64,000 nt of DNA from Sedimentisphaeraceae bacterium JB056 (lineage in GTDB: Bacteria > Planctomycetota > Phycisphaerae > Sedimentisphaerales > Sedimentisphaeraceae): assembly GCA_044440125.1 (NCBI GenBank), contig JBITAJ010000017.1, positions 64,001 to 128,000 of the forward strand, in the 5' to 3' direction. A program made the translations under genes and the position numbers. Of the stretch, positions 39,825 through 50,315 are shown in pieces. Position 1 is the stretch's first letter. The number at the start of each line of letters is the position of its first letter. The notes under the pieces are model-generated. The model saw only the letters and a program-made list of their open reading frames with translations, searched no databases and was not told the DNA's origin.

Positions 39825-40742
39825 ATGAGAGGTAAAGTTTTATACAGTTTGTTAGTGGCTGCCGTTTGCTTCGGTTTTGTGGGAGGTGCAATTGCCGAAG
39901 ATATGAACGCAAGTCTTGAGGCGTCATTTATGAGTAAATATATGTGGCATGGTTTTGAGATGTATGGTGACAAGACGGCCACGAGTCTTGATTTCAAGGT
40001 AGATCTTGGAGACAGTGGTCTCTATTTTGGTACTGAATACCTAACGCCTAATGGCAGCGGTATGATGGATGTGTCAGATTTTGATAACTACGTCTCTATT
40101 CCGGGTTCGATAACAGACAGAGCCAAGTATATATATTATGCAGGATATATGTTCAGTCTTTTCGAAATGGAAGAATTTGAGACAAATGTTGATTTGAGAT
40201 ATATGTATCATGATTATTACAAGATTTCAAGTGAAGTTCTTGATCAGCAGGAATTCTGCCTGTTAGCAGAATGGAAGAACTTGATTCCTGGTGGATTCAC
40301 TCCTTACTATCAAGCTACTTATCTGTCTGATGGTGACGGCGGAAGAAGTATATACTCTGCTCAGGTACCACCTAACCCATTCGATCCTCCTATTTACGGA
40401 GATGACCAGAATGCTAATATCAATGGCTGGCTGCACAAAGTTGGTTTAGCTCTTGATATGCCTCTTTATGTTCCAGAATTGGGAATGCAGAATCTAAGGC
40501 TTATGGTTGACACTGTTTATAATGATGGTGCCATAAGTGCCAAGGGTGCTGAGTTTGATGCCGGTTTCTCTATGGGAGCAGGCTCAGAGTGGACACATAT
40601 TACTTATGGTGCTGAGACAGATCTTGATCTTGGTTTTGGCAACATGGGTCTGGGTGTATATTACCAGCACGCACTTGCTGATGACTACACTAACCTTAAT
40701 AATACCTTCTATTCTACAGTTTCTTACAAAATGGAATTCTAA
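39825..40742 (+). CDS. Putative outer-membrane beta-barrel protein
   Basis: Signal peptide; SKYMWHG near N-terminus; alternating aromatic pattern; C-terminal FYSTVSYKMEF. Confidence 0.75.
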   Translation: MRGKVLYSLLVAAVCFGFVGGAIAEDMNASLEASFMSKYMWHGFEMYGDKTATSLDFKVDLGDSGLYFGTEYLTPNGSGMMDVSDFDNYVSIPGSITDRAKYIYYAGYMFSLFEMEEFETNVDLRYMYHDYYKISSEVLDQQEFCLLAEWKNLIPGGFTPYYQATYLSDGDGGRSIYSAQVPPNPFDPPIYGDDQNANINGWLHKVGLALDMPLYVPELGMQNLRLMVDTVYNDGAISAKGAEFDAGFSMGAGSEWTHITYGAETDLDLGFGNMGLGVYYQHALADDYTNLNNTFYSTVSYKMEF

Positions 40743-40764
40743 TATTCAATTGACGTGAATTTGC

Positions 40765-40802
40765 AAGCCCCGTGTTTCTATAATGGAAACTCGGGGCTTT
40801 TT
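40765..40802 (+). terminator. Intrinsic terminator
   Basis: AAGCCCCGTGTTTC/GAAACTCGGGGCTTTTT. Confidence 0.8.
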
Positions 40803-40826
40803 ATATTAACAATAGATACAAGTGAT

Positions 40827-41090
40827 ATGGCAAATAACTATTCAAAATATCAGAAGAATGTAATTGATAATTACTACAAGAACCTTGACACCATAATGCT
40901 GCAAAAACTCCAGGAACTTGTAACGGAACTATATCTTGTGGAGAGTGACAGTAAGTGGGAAAAGCTTTGGCAGCGTGTTGAAAAAGCTCTTTACAAACTT
41001 AAAATAAAAGAAGATCTTGTGAAAGATATAATGCATGAGAGAGATGTCAGGCAGCTTGCAGGTTATATAACTAAGTGGCTGAGTCGTTAA
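40827..41090 (+). CDS. Small helical hypothetical protein
   Basis: YSKYQKNVIDNYYKNLDTIMLQKLQELVTELYL; 15 bp before murE. Confidence 0.75.
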   Translation: MANNYSKYQKNVIDNYYKNLDTIMLQKLQELVTELYLVESDSKWEKLWQRVEKALYKLKIKEDLVKDIMHERDVRQLAGYITKWLSR

Positions 41091-41105
41091 TAGTAAAAGG
41101 ATATT

Positions 41106-42557
41106 ATGGAATTGCATTTTCTTATCGACAAGATAGATTCTGGCCAGAGCGGCGATGTTTGTATCGATTCACGGCAGGTTAAGGATAGTGATATTTTTGT
41201 GGCTATAAAAGGGACTGTCTCTGATGGTCATGATTTCATACCGCAGGCGATTTCCAATGGAGCCAAAACTATTGTTCATGACAGGTCTTATGAGCCGAAT
41301 GGCATTTCCGATGTGGAATTCATAGCGGTTGATGATACTGCCCTGGCGGCAGGAATATTGTCGCAGGTAAGTTGCGGAAGACCATATTCAAAGCTTACAA
41401 GCCTTGCTGTTACAGGGACTAATGGCAAGACAACAACGAGTTCCATGGTCAAGTTTGTGATTGAAAATAGTGGCAAGAAGTGCGGACTTATAGGCACTAT
41501 TGCCAATGATATCTGCGGTGAAGCCAAGGTTTTGGAAGCTAATATGACTACTCCTGATGCGATAACGCTCGCATCGCTTATGCAGCAGATGGTTGAAAAC
41601 GGTGCTCAATACATGTGTCTTGAAGCGAGCAGTCATGCGTTGGAGCAGAGAAGACTTGCATCTATAAGTTTCAAAGCCGCAGCTTTCACAAATCTTACTG
41701 GCGATCATCTCGATTATCATAAGACTATGGATAATTATCTTGCTGCCAAGTCTTTGTTATTTGAAGGATTGGGTAAAACGGATGTTGCCATACTCAATCT
41801 TGATGACAAATATTCGAGACGAATAGCTCAGAGATGTGATTGCGATGTACTCTGGTATTCAGTTAAAGACTCATCCGCTGATATATACGCTGATATTGAA
41901 AGGCTTGATCAAGGCGGCAGTGTTTATCAGCTTTGCGTTGATGGCAGGCGTTTGGTTGTGAAAAGCTGTTTTTGCGGTTTGCACAATGTAAGTAATCAGC
42001 TTGCCGCTGCAGGTCTTTGTATTGCAGCCGGTTTTAATCTGGATACGATAGCAGAAGGTCTTTCCAATTTTAAAAATGTCCCGGGTCGATTGGAGCGAGT
42101 TGAATGCGGGCAGAAATTTACTGTTTTTGTTGATTATGCGCATACTGATGATGCCCTTGAAAACGTACTTTCCACTCTTAAACCTATTTGTGAAGGTAAA
42201 CTGATAACTGTTTTTGGCTGTGGAGGTGATCGAGACAAGACCAAGAGACCAAGAATGGCACAGGCAGCAGAAAAGTACAGTGATATCGTTTGGGTAACCA
42301 GCGATAACCCACGAACGGAGGATCCCGAAAGTATAATTACTGATATCAAAGCAGGTTTTTCCAATAAAAATGACTGTGTGATCAATATCGAACCCAACCG
42401 GAGCGTTGCAATAAGAAAAGCTGTTGAAATTGCCGGTTATGGGGATATAATGCTCATAGCTGGGAAGGGGCATGAAAATTATCAGGTTATCGGAAATAAA
42501 AAGCATCATTTTGATGACCGTGAAGAGGTGGAAAAGTGCATCAGATCGCAGATATAG
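41106..42557 (+). CDS. murE: UDP-MurNAc-dipeptide:meso-diaminopimelate ligase
   Basis: VTGTNGKTT, EASSH, FTNLTGDHLDYH, VDYAHT, TSDNPR, IAGKGHE. Confidence 0.96.
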   Translation: MELHFLIDKIDSGQSGDVCIDSRQVKDSDIFVAIKGTVSDGHDFIPQAISNGAKTIVHDRSYEPNGISDVEFIAVDDTALAAGILSQVSCGRPYSKLTSLAVTGTNGKTTTSSMVKFVIENSGKKCGLIGTIANDICGEAKVLEANMTTPDAITLASLMQQMVENGAQYMCLEASSHALEQRRLASISFKAAAFTNLTGDHLDYHKTMDNYLAAKSLLFEGLGKTDVAILNLDDKYSRRIAQRCDCDVLWYSVKDSSADIYADIERLDQGGSVYQLCVDGRRLVVKSCFCGLHNVSNQLAAAGLCIAAGFNLDTIAEGLSNFKNVPGRLERVECGQKFTVFVDYAHTDDALENVLSTLKPICEGKLITVFGCGGDRDKTKRPRMAQAAEKYSDIVWVTSDNPRTEDPESIITDIKAGFSNKNDCVINIEPNRSVAIRKAVEIAGYGDIMLIAGKGHENYQVIGNKKHHFDDREEVEKCIRSQI

Positions 42558-42618
42558 CGGGTTGAGCTCAGTGTTTAATGTGAATAATAATGAATGAAAG
42601 GTTCTTTCAAGCATACTT

Positions 42619-43431
42619 ATGATTATTGATGATCAAACAGCAAGCAAATATATGTCAATTGCTATTGGAGCAGCCAGGATAGCTGGTGCGGAAGCGCTGT
42701 CTCAAATGGACAGCATTCAATGCCATATGAAAAATGGAGACGAGGTTGTTACCCAGGCTGATCCGATATGTCAAAATTTGATAATTGAGTACATCGCCCG
42801 TAAATATCCTGAACACGGCATTCTCGCCGAAGAGGGAGAGGATGGCAGACTTTTCAAAAAGAAACCCGATTGCGATGAAGATATATGGTGGATAATCGAC
42901 CCAATTGACGGCACCAATAATTATTGTCATCGCGTATTGAATTTCTCGGTTTCAATCGGATTGTTCAAAGACGGAATGCCTTTGCTTGGCGTGATTTATA
43001 TACCTGCATCGGACACGATTTTTACCGGCATAGTCGGTAAGGGTTCTACCTGTAATAGTATGGAGATTTTTTGCGGTAAAGAGGGTGTTAACAACCGGGA
43101 GTCCATAGCTATCGACAGCTATTGGGATAACGGCATACCGGATAAGCTAATGCGTCTTATCGATGAGTCACGGCTTAGAAATTTTGGTTCAACGGCCATG
43201 CATCTTGCATATGTCTCAATGGGCGGATTTGTAGGAGTTGTAGTAAACCGTAATAAACTTTGGGATCTTGCGGCAGGGGCTGCGATATTGTATGCAGCCG
43301 GCGGTAAAATAACCACTCATCAGAATGAGGAGATTTTGCCGATAGATGTTGGAAGCTATGAAGGCGAGAAGCTCAGGTATCTGGCTGCCAATCCGGTTGC
43401 TCACAAAGAGCTGCTTGAGAGCCTCAATTAA
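42619..43431 (+). CDS. suhB: Inositol monophosphatase family protein
   Basis: ILAEE, WIIDPIDGTNNY, WDLAAG. Confidence 0.88.
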   Translation: MIIDDQTASKYMSIAIGAARIAGAEALSQMDSIQCHMKNGDEVVTQADPICQNLIIEYIARKYPEHGILAEEGEDGRLFKKKPDCDEDIWWIIDPIDGTNNYCHRVLNFSVSIGLFKDGMPLLGVIYIPASDTIFTGIVGKGSTCNSMEIFCGKEGVNNRESIAIDSYWDNGIPDKLMRLIDESRLRNFGSTAMHLAYVSMGGFVGVVVNRNKLWDLAAGAAILYAAGGKITTHQNEEILPIDVGSYEGEKLRYLAANPVAHKELLESLN

Positions 43432-43581
43432 ATTATAATTAGTAGAAAAATAATAAGATCATTCCGATTCATAGTTGATACAGACAATTTGGGTTCTGTT
43501 TTATTGAAACCTAACAGCTTAATCTGATACTTATTCAACTGCATGGTACTGGTATGTTCTTGATATACAGAAAGTTACGAA

Positions 43582-44655
43582 ATGAAAATAGAGCAGATGC
43601 CTAAGAGCATGCTTCAAAAGGTCCGAGATGGTATTGTAATACCGGCACATCCTCTGGCGCTTAACGATAACGAAAAACTTGATGAAAAATATCAACGTGC
43701 TTTGAGCCGTTACTACATTGACAGCGGGGCCGGCGGTCTGGCGGTAGGTGTACATACTACACAATTTGAAATAAGAGAACCGCACATCGACCTTTTTGAG
43801 CCTGTCTTACGATTGTGTTCTGAGGAAATCGATTCTTATTGCAAAGAACGTGGGCGAAAAGATTTCTTTAAGGTTGCCGGTATTTGTGGTGATACCGCAC
43901 AGGCCGTTGAAGAAGCTGAGTTTGCTTTTTATAACAATTATCACGCTGCATTGCTGAGTTTGTCGGCGTTCGCTGATGAGAGTTATGATAAAATGATAGA
44001 ACATTGCAAGGAAGTTGCTTCTGTGATGCCTGTTATTGGCTTTTATCTGCAGCCGGCAGTTGGCGGAAGAGTTCTTTCTTATGAGTTCTGGAGAAGATTT
44101 GCAGAGATTGACAATGTGATCGCTATTAAGATGGCACCTTTTAACCGCTACCAGACATTGGATGTTGTAAGAGCTGTTTGTGATGCAGGTAAGGAAAAAG
44201 ACATAACACTTTATACAGGCAATGATGATAATATTCTGATTGATTTGCTCACTACATTCAAGATAGATACAAACGAAGGTGTTAAAGAGGTCCAGATAAA
44301 AGGCGGTTTGCTTGGTCATTGGGCAGTTTGGACTAAAAAGGCGGTTGAACTTCTTGAAAAAGCTAAGCAACTTCGCCAGTCTGATAATATAAGTATTGAT
44401 ACGCTTACTCTTGCCGCGGAAATAACAGATTCAAATGCCGCCTTCTTTGATGCGGCGAATAGTTTCAAGGGTTGTATTGCCGGTATACATGAGGTTCTTA
44501 GAAGACAAGGCTTAATGGGGAGCATCCGATGTCTTAACCCCGAAGAAAAACTCTCAGCCGGACAGAGCGAGCAGATAGATCGAGTTTACAAGGCGTATCC
44601 TCATTTGAATGATGATGAGTTTGTAAAAGAGAATCTTGAGAGGTGGTTGAGTTGA
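43582..44655 (+). CDS. Divergent DapA-like aldolase family protein
   Basis: IPAHPLAL, GVHTTQF, GFYLQPAVGG, IKMAPF, YTGND. Confidence 0.82.
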   Translation: MKIEQMPKSMLQKVRDGIVIPAHPLALNDNEKLDEKYQRALSRYYIDSGAGGLAVGVHTTQFEIREPHIDLFEPVLRLCSEEIDSYCKERGRKDFFKVAGICGDTAQAVEEAEFAFYNNYHAALLSLSAFADESYDKMIEHCKEVASVMPVIGFYLQPAVGGRVLSYEFWRRFAEIDNVIAIKMAPFNRYQTLDVVRAVCDAGKEKDITLYTGNDDNILIDLLTTFKIDTNEGVKEVQIKGGLLGHWAVWTKKAVELLEKAKQLRQSDNISIDTLTLAAEITDSNAAFFDAANSFKGCIAGIHEVLRRQGLMGSIRCLNPEEKLSAGQSEQIDRVYKAYPHLNDDEFVKENLERWLS

Positions 44656-45779
44656 CAGACGGCTTTGCGATAAATGTTCTCAAAGAGCTTGTTGCAATTG
44701 ATTCGACGGTAAATACCGGTGAGTATGAATGTGCATCAAAGGTCAAAGATATTTTCAGTTCTTTTGGCGTCAATGCCGAGGTTGACGCTTGGGATGGCAG
44801 AAGAGCCAATGTTGAAGCCATAATAAAAGGAAAGGACTCTAAGGGTGGACTTATGTTTGCCTCTCATCTGGATGTTGTAGAGGCTGACGCTGAGTCCTGG
44901 CAAAGTGAACCGTTCAAGCCTGTGATCAGAGATAACAGACTATTTGGTCGCGGAACCGTTGATATGAAGGGCGGGATGGCAGCAGTCATCACGGCAATGA
45001 AAGAGCTTGTCGAAGAGGGCATAGAGTTTAAACATGATGTGATATTTGCCGCTACGGCAGGGGAAGAGCTTGACAGCGTGGGGGCTTTCAGGTATTTGGA
45101 GAAGAGAGAGTCTCTGAAAGGAAATCTCACAGGAATTATTGTTCCTGAACCTACATCGATGGGACTCAAAATTGCTCACAAGGGTATTTTGTGGCTCGAA
45201 ATAACTTTCAAAGGTAAACCGGCTCACGGTTCAATGCCTCATCTTGGCGTAAATGCTATAGAGAATGCTTTCAAGCTTCATGCAGAGATGAAAAAGCTCG
45301 GGCTTGAGACTATAAGCGACAAAACTCTTGGCAGTTGCAGTATGAGCTGTAATAAGATGAATGCGGGTGTAGCTGCTAATATCGTGCCTGATGAGTGTAA
45401 AGTTTGTTATGATATTCGGCTTATCCACGGCGTAAACAAGGAAGATGTTATTGACAAGGTCAAGGCTCTGATCGATAAGTTTTCGGCTGCAGATAAGACA
45501 TTCAATGCTTCAATAAGCATTGCGAGGTATTGTCCGGCACTCTATACTGATCCGGAAAATGATTTCGTTAGGAAGGTCGCAGGGATTTCAAACAGTGACA
45601 TCGGTGTTGTAAGCTTTACAACCGATTCCCCATATTTCGCATCCCTCCAAGCCCCGGTGGTTGTTATCGGACCGGGCGATTCAGGGATGTGTCATCAAGT
45701 CGATGAAAGCCTTGAGATTGAGGAACTCGAAAAGACAAAGAAACTGTATAGAGATATAATAACTCAAGTATGCTGTTGA
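44652..45779 (+). CDS. M20 metallo-amidohydrolase (ArgE/DapE-like)
   Basis: SHLDVV, GRGTVDMKGG, AGEE, PEPT, HQVDE; TTG start overlapping upstream TGA (GTG at 44643 alternative). Confidence 0.9.
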   Translation: MTDGFAINVLKELVAIDSTVNTGEYECASKVKDIFSSFGVNAEVDAWDGRRANVEAIIKGKDSKGGLMFASHLDVVEADAESWQSEPFKPVIRDNRLFGRGTVDMKGGMAAVITAMKELVEEGIEFKHDVIFAATAGEELDSVGAFRYLEKRESLKGNLTGIIVPEPTSMGLKIAHKGILWLEITFKGKPAHGSMPHLGVNAIENAFKLHAEMKKLGLETISDKTLGSCSMSCNKMNAGVAANIVPDECKVCYDIRLIHGVNKEDVIDKVKALIDKFSAADKTFNASISIARYCPALYTDPENDFVRKVAGISNSDIGVVSFTTDSPYFASLQAPVVVIGPGDSGMCHQVDESLEIEELEKTKKLYRDIITQVCC

Positions 45780-45781
45780 GT

Positions 45782-46561
45782 TTATTGTGACAGCAGGGGG
45801 ATTCTTTCTTTTCCAAGGTCGTGGAGTTCGTCTGATATATGTTTCGTGTCCCATCCAAAATGTGATCTGACGATGAACAATATCTGATACATAAAGCTTA
45901 CGCAATAGCCGCTTAATTCCGTCAGGCTTTCGGATGTATCAAAGTTGATATTGATCTGGTGCCCGTCTTTATCAATCGTTGATGCCAGAGTGCCAAGGTC
46001 TATGTGTACGGCATCGTTGAACTGAAGGTATCCTCTTGTGTATATAGAGCCTCTCCATGTTTTGGAGAGTTTGTAGAAAATTTCAATTGTACGCGGCATT
46101 TGGGTGCCCGGGATTTTTTTTATTCTGCGTTTTGTGTCGGATATTGCGTCTTCAAGCTGCTGCCTTTTTTCCTCGGAAACTATATACCTGAATTCCTCCA
46201 TGATATTAAGCTTTTTGTAGAGGCTGTTTTTTTCCCATTGGAGTATTTTCTTCTCAAGTGCATTTTTCTTGTCTTTGCCCCTGTTCTTGGGTGTTATCAT
46301 GCACCATGCCAGTTTACTGCTTAATTCACATAATACTCTCAATAATGCCTTTACCGGCATATGATGATTTAATCGGAGTAGATCTATGATTGCTTTTGAA
46401 TAGTTGCTGCTTATAGCCATTGCGGTGACGCACAGCATGTCAGAGGCGCCTTCAGGGTGAACATGATCTTCTATTAATGAGATTGTATCGTGAAACCATC
46501 TTTTAATGAAATCCGCATCTCGTTCCACCAGCTCCAGAGAGCTCAATTGCCGGTCTACCAT
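45782..46561 (-). CDS. Hypothetical helical protein (DUF5677-like)
   Basis: ALLRVLCE and Y..FNDAVH pattern. Confidence 0.55.
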   Translation of the reverse strand: MVDRQLSSLELVERDADFIKRWFHDTISLIEDHVHPEGASDMLCVTAMAISSNYSKAIIDLLRLNHHMPVKALLRVLCELSSKLAWCMITPKNRGKDKKNALEKKILQWEKNSLYKKLNIMEEFRYIVSEEKRQQLEDAISDTKRRIKKIPGTQMPRTIEIFYKLSKTWRGSIYTRGYLQFNDAVHIDLGTLASTIDKDGHQININFDTSESLTELSGYCVSFMYQILFIVRSHFGWDTKHISDELHDLGKERIPLLSQ

Positions 46562-46673
46562 GTTTGCCTTTCGAATCTGTATTCAAGGTGCAAGCAATCA
46601 GTAATTAGTGGCTTTGCCAAATTCAATTGCTAATCGCTTATCGCTAATCACTATGTATATCATTATAGCGAAT

Positions 46674-48074
46674 TTAGTCGATTTGGTAAACCTTAAAGTT
46701 GCGATAGGCGGCCTTTGTCCACTTCATTTGTCTGAAACCTATCTTGCCGCTGCCGTGAACATCACCCAGACTGCCGTCTTCAAGAAAATCAATTATGAGT
46801 CTTCCGTCAACAGCCATCTGTATATGAGGGCCGTTTTTTATAAGCGTTATCTTGTGAATATCCTTGGAGCCTGCCGGTACACCTATAGGGCCGTTGGATG
46901 CTAATGCAAATCCAGAATTTTTGCGTATATGCGAGGTTGGACGTCCCTCTGCCTGATAAGAAATATGATAATTATTTATGTCGCCTTTTATATAGTCTAT
47001 AAAATGCCCATCACGTTTTTTCAGAGCCGGTGAGAAGATATCGCTACCGTCAACTCCTTTGGCGCAAAAAAATGATATACAAAGCCCTGATTCATTACGC
47101 ATCTGGAAATCCCATTCGGCAACGAAATTCTCCGGCATATCTTTGTCACACCAGTTGACAATATGCCCATCAATAGGAGAGCCTTTATCGGCCATCTCCG
47201 AAGCCATTATCATCCAGCCATCTTTAAATTCAATATCAATCGGACCTTCCAGCTTCCAATCTGATATATCGGCTTCATTATCAAGAGGGTTTTCATAAAC
47301 AAGTTCGCCTTTGAGCGAATCAATGTATTCTTCTGTTATATTGCCTAAAGAGACAGCGCCTAAATATTTATCCATGATAGCTTTATGCTTTGGATAAACC
47401 AGAGGTGCAATCTGTTCTGCAGTGAGATACCGGTTATATATGTTGATTTCAGCGATTGGCATACGCCCGGCCATTATCAACAGGTCATCAAAACTGCCTT
47501 TTATTTTCCATGTCGAAACATCAGATATGGTCTTTATAGGAGTTCCATTTAAGTATGCATTTGACAATCCTTTTTTGCTATCCCATGTGAAGGCGATATG
47601 TATCCAGCTTTCGGCAGGAATTTCAGGAAGTAAAGCTACTATATTTGCAGCTTCTTTTATGGATTTATCCCAGTTCATGTATATAGCAGGGCAATTATTG
47701 TCGTCCTGTTTACTGTGAAATCCGAGTTTAACCAGACCTTTAATTGTCATGAATTCCTGATCGAAACTGCCGGGTTCAAATGTGCTTCGGAAAAGCTGGT
47801 CTGTTTTAAACCACATAGCAATGGTTCCGGCGGATTTGAGCGGCTCATAAAGCTGAGCTTCTACCAATGGAGTGTTTTGCTTTGAGGCTGCTGCATTAAC
47901 AGTGTCGGCAGGTCCTTGAGTTATATCAAATTTGCCGGCATATGATTCAGAATCGGTTATTGATATTTTTGCTATTGGTTTGATTTCATTGGAGATGTTT
48001 AATACGTTTTCCTGACTGCATCCTGATATTATAAAGGTTGCAGCGATGAGTAATGATGCTAATGATCTGTACAT
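46674..48074 (-). CDS. Lipoprotein with LamG-like and DUF1961/YesU-like domains
   Basis: Lipobox ISGC; WIHIAFTWD; GDINNYHISY, GKIGFRQM. Confidence 0.82.
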   Translation of the reverse strand: MYRSLASLLIAATFIISGCSQENVLNISNEIKPIAKISITDSESYAGKFDITQGPADTVNAAASKQNTPLVEAQLYEPLKSAGTIAMWFKTDQLFRSTFEPGSFDQEFMTIKGLVKLGFHSKQDDNNCPAIYMNWDKSIKEAANIVALLPEIPAESWIHIAFTWDSKKGLSNAYLNGTPIKTISDVSTWKIKGSFDDLLIMAGRMPIAEINIYNRYLTAEQIAPLVYPKHKAIMDKYLGAVSLGNITEEYIDSLKGELVYENPLDNEADISDWKLEGPIDIEFKDGWMIMASEMADKGSPIDGHIVNWCDKDMPENFVAEWDFQMRNESGLCISFFCAKGVDGSDIFSPALKKRDGHFIDYIKGDINNYHISYQAEGRPTSHIRKNSGFALASNGPIGVPAGSKDIHKITLIKNGPHIQMAVDGRLIIDFLEDGSLGDVHGSGKIGFRQMKWTKAAYRNFKVYQID

Positions 48075-48284
48075 TATATCTCCTTGAATTCAATAATCAT
48101 GTTTTAGGACTACACACTTTCCTTTTGAATGGGAATGTGCATAAAACTCTAAAACTAATCTTACAAAAAATAACTGTCATTTGAAGCTTTTTTTATACTT
48201 CAATTATAGCAAAAAGAACTGAATTGAAGAAACCTGATTGAAGTAAACATAAACGATATTAATTACTAAATCATTATTATAAAG

Positions 48285-48320
48285 AAAAAACCGCCGTTAT
48301 GTATTCATAGCGGCGGTTTT
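48285..48320 (-). terminator. Intrinsic terminator
   Basis: AAAAAACCGCCGTTAT/ATAGCGGCGGTTTT. Confidence 0.85.
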
Positions 48321-48341
48321 AGATTCTAAATTTAATTTACT

Positions 48342-48959
48342 TTAGTCTGCGTATTTTACTGAACAGCCATACGGCTTGACTTCAGGAGTAGAGACTTCTT
48401 TACCGGCTAAAAGCTCATCAAGAGCTTTTCCTACATAATTGACTATTTCTTCTTTGTTGCCGGCAGGGTCATCGTCAATGGCTCCGTGATAGGCTATTTG
48501 CCCGGAAGTGTCGATAATGAACATGTGAGGCGTAGTTTTGGCTCCATAAAGTTTCCCTACTTTGCCGTCACTGTCATCAAGAACAGGATATTTCAGACCC
48601 CATTGCTCAACGAATTTCTTGTTCATCTCAGTGTCGGCGTAGTTGGTACTGTTTATTGTAAGCCATACAACGCCTTTAGGCATATACTTGTTAGCAAGAG
48701 TTGTCATTGTCTCTGCTTTGTAATGCCTCTTGACGAATGGACAGTCTGGATTTGTCCATTCAAGCACGATTATCTTGCCTTCGTAATCCTTGAGAGAGAG
48801 CGTGTTTCCCAGATGATCTGTTAAAGTAAAATCGGGGGCTGCAATTTCTGAGACTTTCTGCTCGTTTTGAGGCTCATCGGCGACAGTTCTTTCTTTGCAT
48901 CCTATCAGTAAAATACACGTAACTAAAACGATAGATAAGATTTTTAGTGAAGTTCTCAT
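48342..48959 (-). CDS. Thioredoxin-fold (AhpC/TSA-like) lipoprotein
   Basis: Lipobox LIGC; APDFTL, EWTNPDCPFV, YHGAIDD, PYGCSVKY. Confidence 0.9.
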   Translation of the reverse strand: MRTSLKILSIVLVTCILLIGCKERTVADEPQNEQKVSEIAAPDFTLTDHLGNTLSLKDYEGKIIVLEWTNPDCPFVKRHYKAETMTTLANKYMPKGVVWLTINSTNYADTEMNKKFVEQWGLKYPVLDDSDGKVGKLYGAKTTPHMFIIDTSGQIAYHGAIDDDPAGNKEEIVNYVGKALDELLAGKEVSTPEVKPYGCSVKYAD

Positions 48960-49049
48960 GTTTTCTCCTTTCTTCTCAAAAAAATCTATATTTCTTGTTA
49001 TAATTACGAGTTTTTACCTTTATGTGTTCGCATAAATAGTTTCATGGTG

Positions 49050-50288
49050 TTATTGTCGTCCTATGGCGGATTTTGCGGCAAGAACAGATGTGGAAAATGC
49101 TATCTGGAGATTGTACCCTCCGCAAGGACCATCAATATTCATTACTTCACCGGCAAAGAAAAGGCCGGGGCATTTCTCTGATTCCATAGTTTTGGGATTT
49201 ATCTGTTCTATACAAACTCCGCCTCTTGTTACAGTCGCGTTTTCTACCGGTTTAAGTGCAGTTACTGTGAGGGGAAGTTTTTTGATCTTCTTTGTAAGTT
49301 CGAGACGGGCTTTCTTTGACAGTGAAGCTGCTTTGATTGAAGGTTTTATGTCTGCCAGTTTAGAGATTTCCGAGGTAATAGAACGGGGAAGTTTTTCGGA
49401 AAGAAGGTTTGTTAACTCTTTTTTAGGATTATCTTCACAAAGAGTATTGAGCCATGAAGCAATCTTGTCTTCCTGAATGTCAGGCATGAGGTCTACTGTT
49501 ATACTTACACTTCCGCTATTGAGTCGCGGAAGAATCTGTCTGCTGAAATTCAAAACGGCAGGTCCGCCAATTCCATCACTTGTAAATATCAGCGGTCCGG
49601 TCAACTGGTTTTTCTTTTTATCACCATCAATGAGCAATGACACCTTTGATATGCCAACTCCGGCGAGTCTGCCGACCCAGTATTCTTTTGTTACGAGGGG
49701 GGCAAGGCAGCTTTGAGGTTTTTTTATAGTATGTCCAAGCTGTTCGGCAAATTTGTACCCATCACCGGTACATCCGGTCTTAGGATACGAAAGCCCGCCT
49801 GTGGCTATTATCACTTTTTCAGCTTCTATCTGACCTGCATTGTGTTTCACAATGAATGCGTTATTGGTTTTAATCAGCTCTGTTACAGCTTTATCATAGA
49901 AAAAGCGTGTTCCTTCTTCTGCGGCCTTAGAGCATAGTGCCTGCTTGATGTCCAATGCTTTCTGGCTTTTTGGGAATACGCTTCCATCAGGTTCAGTTAT
50001 TGTATCTATCCCTAATTGAGAAAGAAACTCTATCATGTTATCGGGAGAAAACTCGTAAATGCTGTGACGCAGAAAACGGTCGAAAGGGCTGCAGACATTT
50101 GCGAAATCTCTGGGAGATGCTCTATGTGTAACATTGCATCTTGAGCCTCCGGTGATAAGAAGTTTTCGTCCTGCTGTTGTATTTTTCTCGAATAGGGCCG
50201 TTTGTGCACCTGATTGCGATGCGGTTATTGCCGCCATTAGCCCGGCGGCTCCGGCGCCGATTATGCAAAGGTCATATTTTTTATTCAT
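49050..50288 (-). CDS. HI0933/BaiN-family flavoprotein
   Basis: IIGAGAAG, GRKLLITGG.RCN, ATGG.SYP.TG..GDG, GGYNLQ.A. Confidence 0.93.
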   Translation of the reverse strand: MNKKYDLCIIGAGAAGLMAAITASQSGAQTALFEKNTTAGRKLLITGGSRCNVTHRASPRDFANVCSPFDRFLRHSIYEFSPDNMIEFLSQLGIDTITEPDGSVFPKSQKALDIKQALCSKAAEEGTRFFYDKAVTELIKTNNAFIVKHNAGQIEAEKVIIATGGLSYPKTGCTGDGYKFAEQLGHTIKKPQSCLAPLVTKEYWVGRLAGVGISKVSLLIDGDKKKNQLTGPLIFTSDGIGGPAVLNFSRQILPRLNSGSVSITVDLMPDIQEDKIASWLNTLCEDNPKKELTNLLSEKLPRSITSEISKLADIKPSIKAASLSKKARLELTKKIKKLPLTVTALKPVENATVTRGGVCIEQINPKTMESEKCPGLFFAGEVMNIDGPCGGYNLQIAFSTSVLAAKSAIGRQ

Positions 50289-50315
50289 GTTTATCAGATG
50301 ATTCTGAATCCAGTA

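Noticed and set aside
45782..46561. HEPN-type defence nuclease
   Set aside because: No intact RxxxxH motif identified and no partner defence genes; left as DUF5677-like hypothetical
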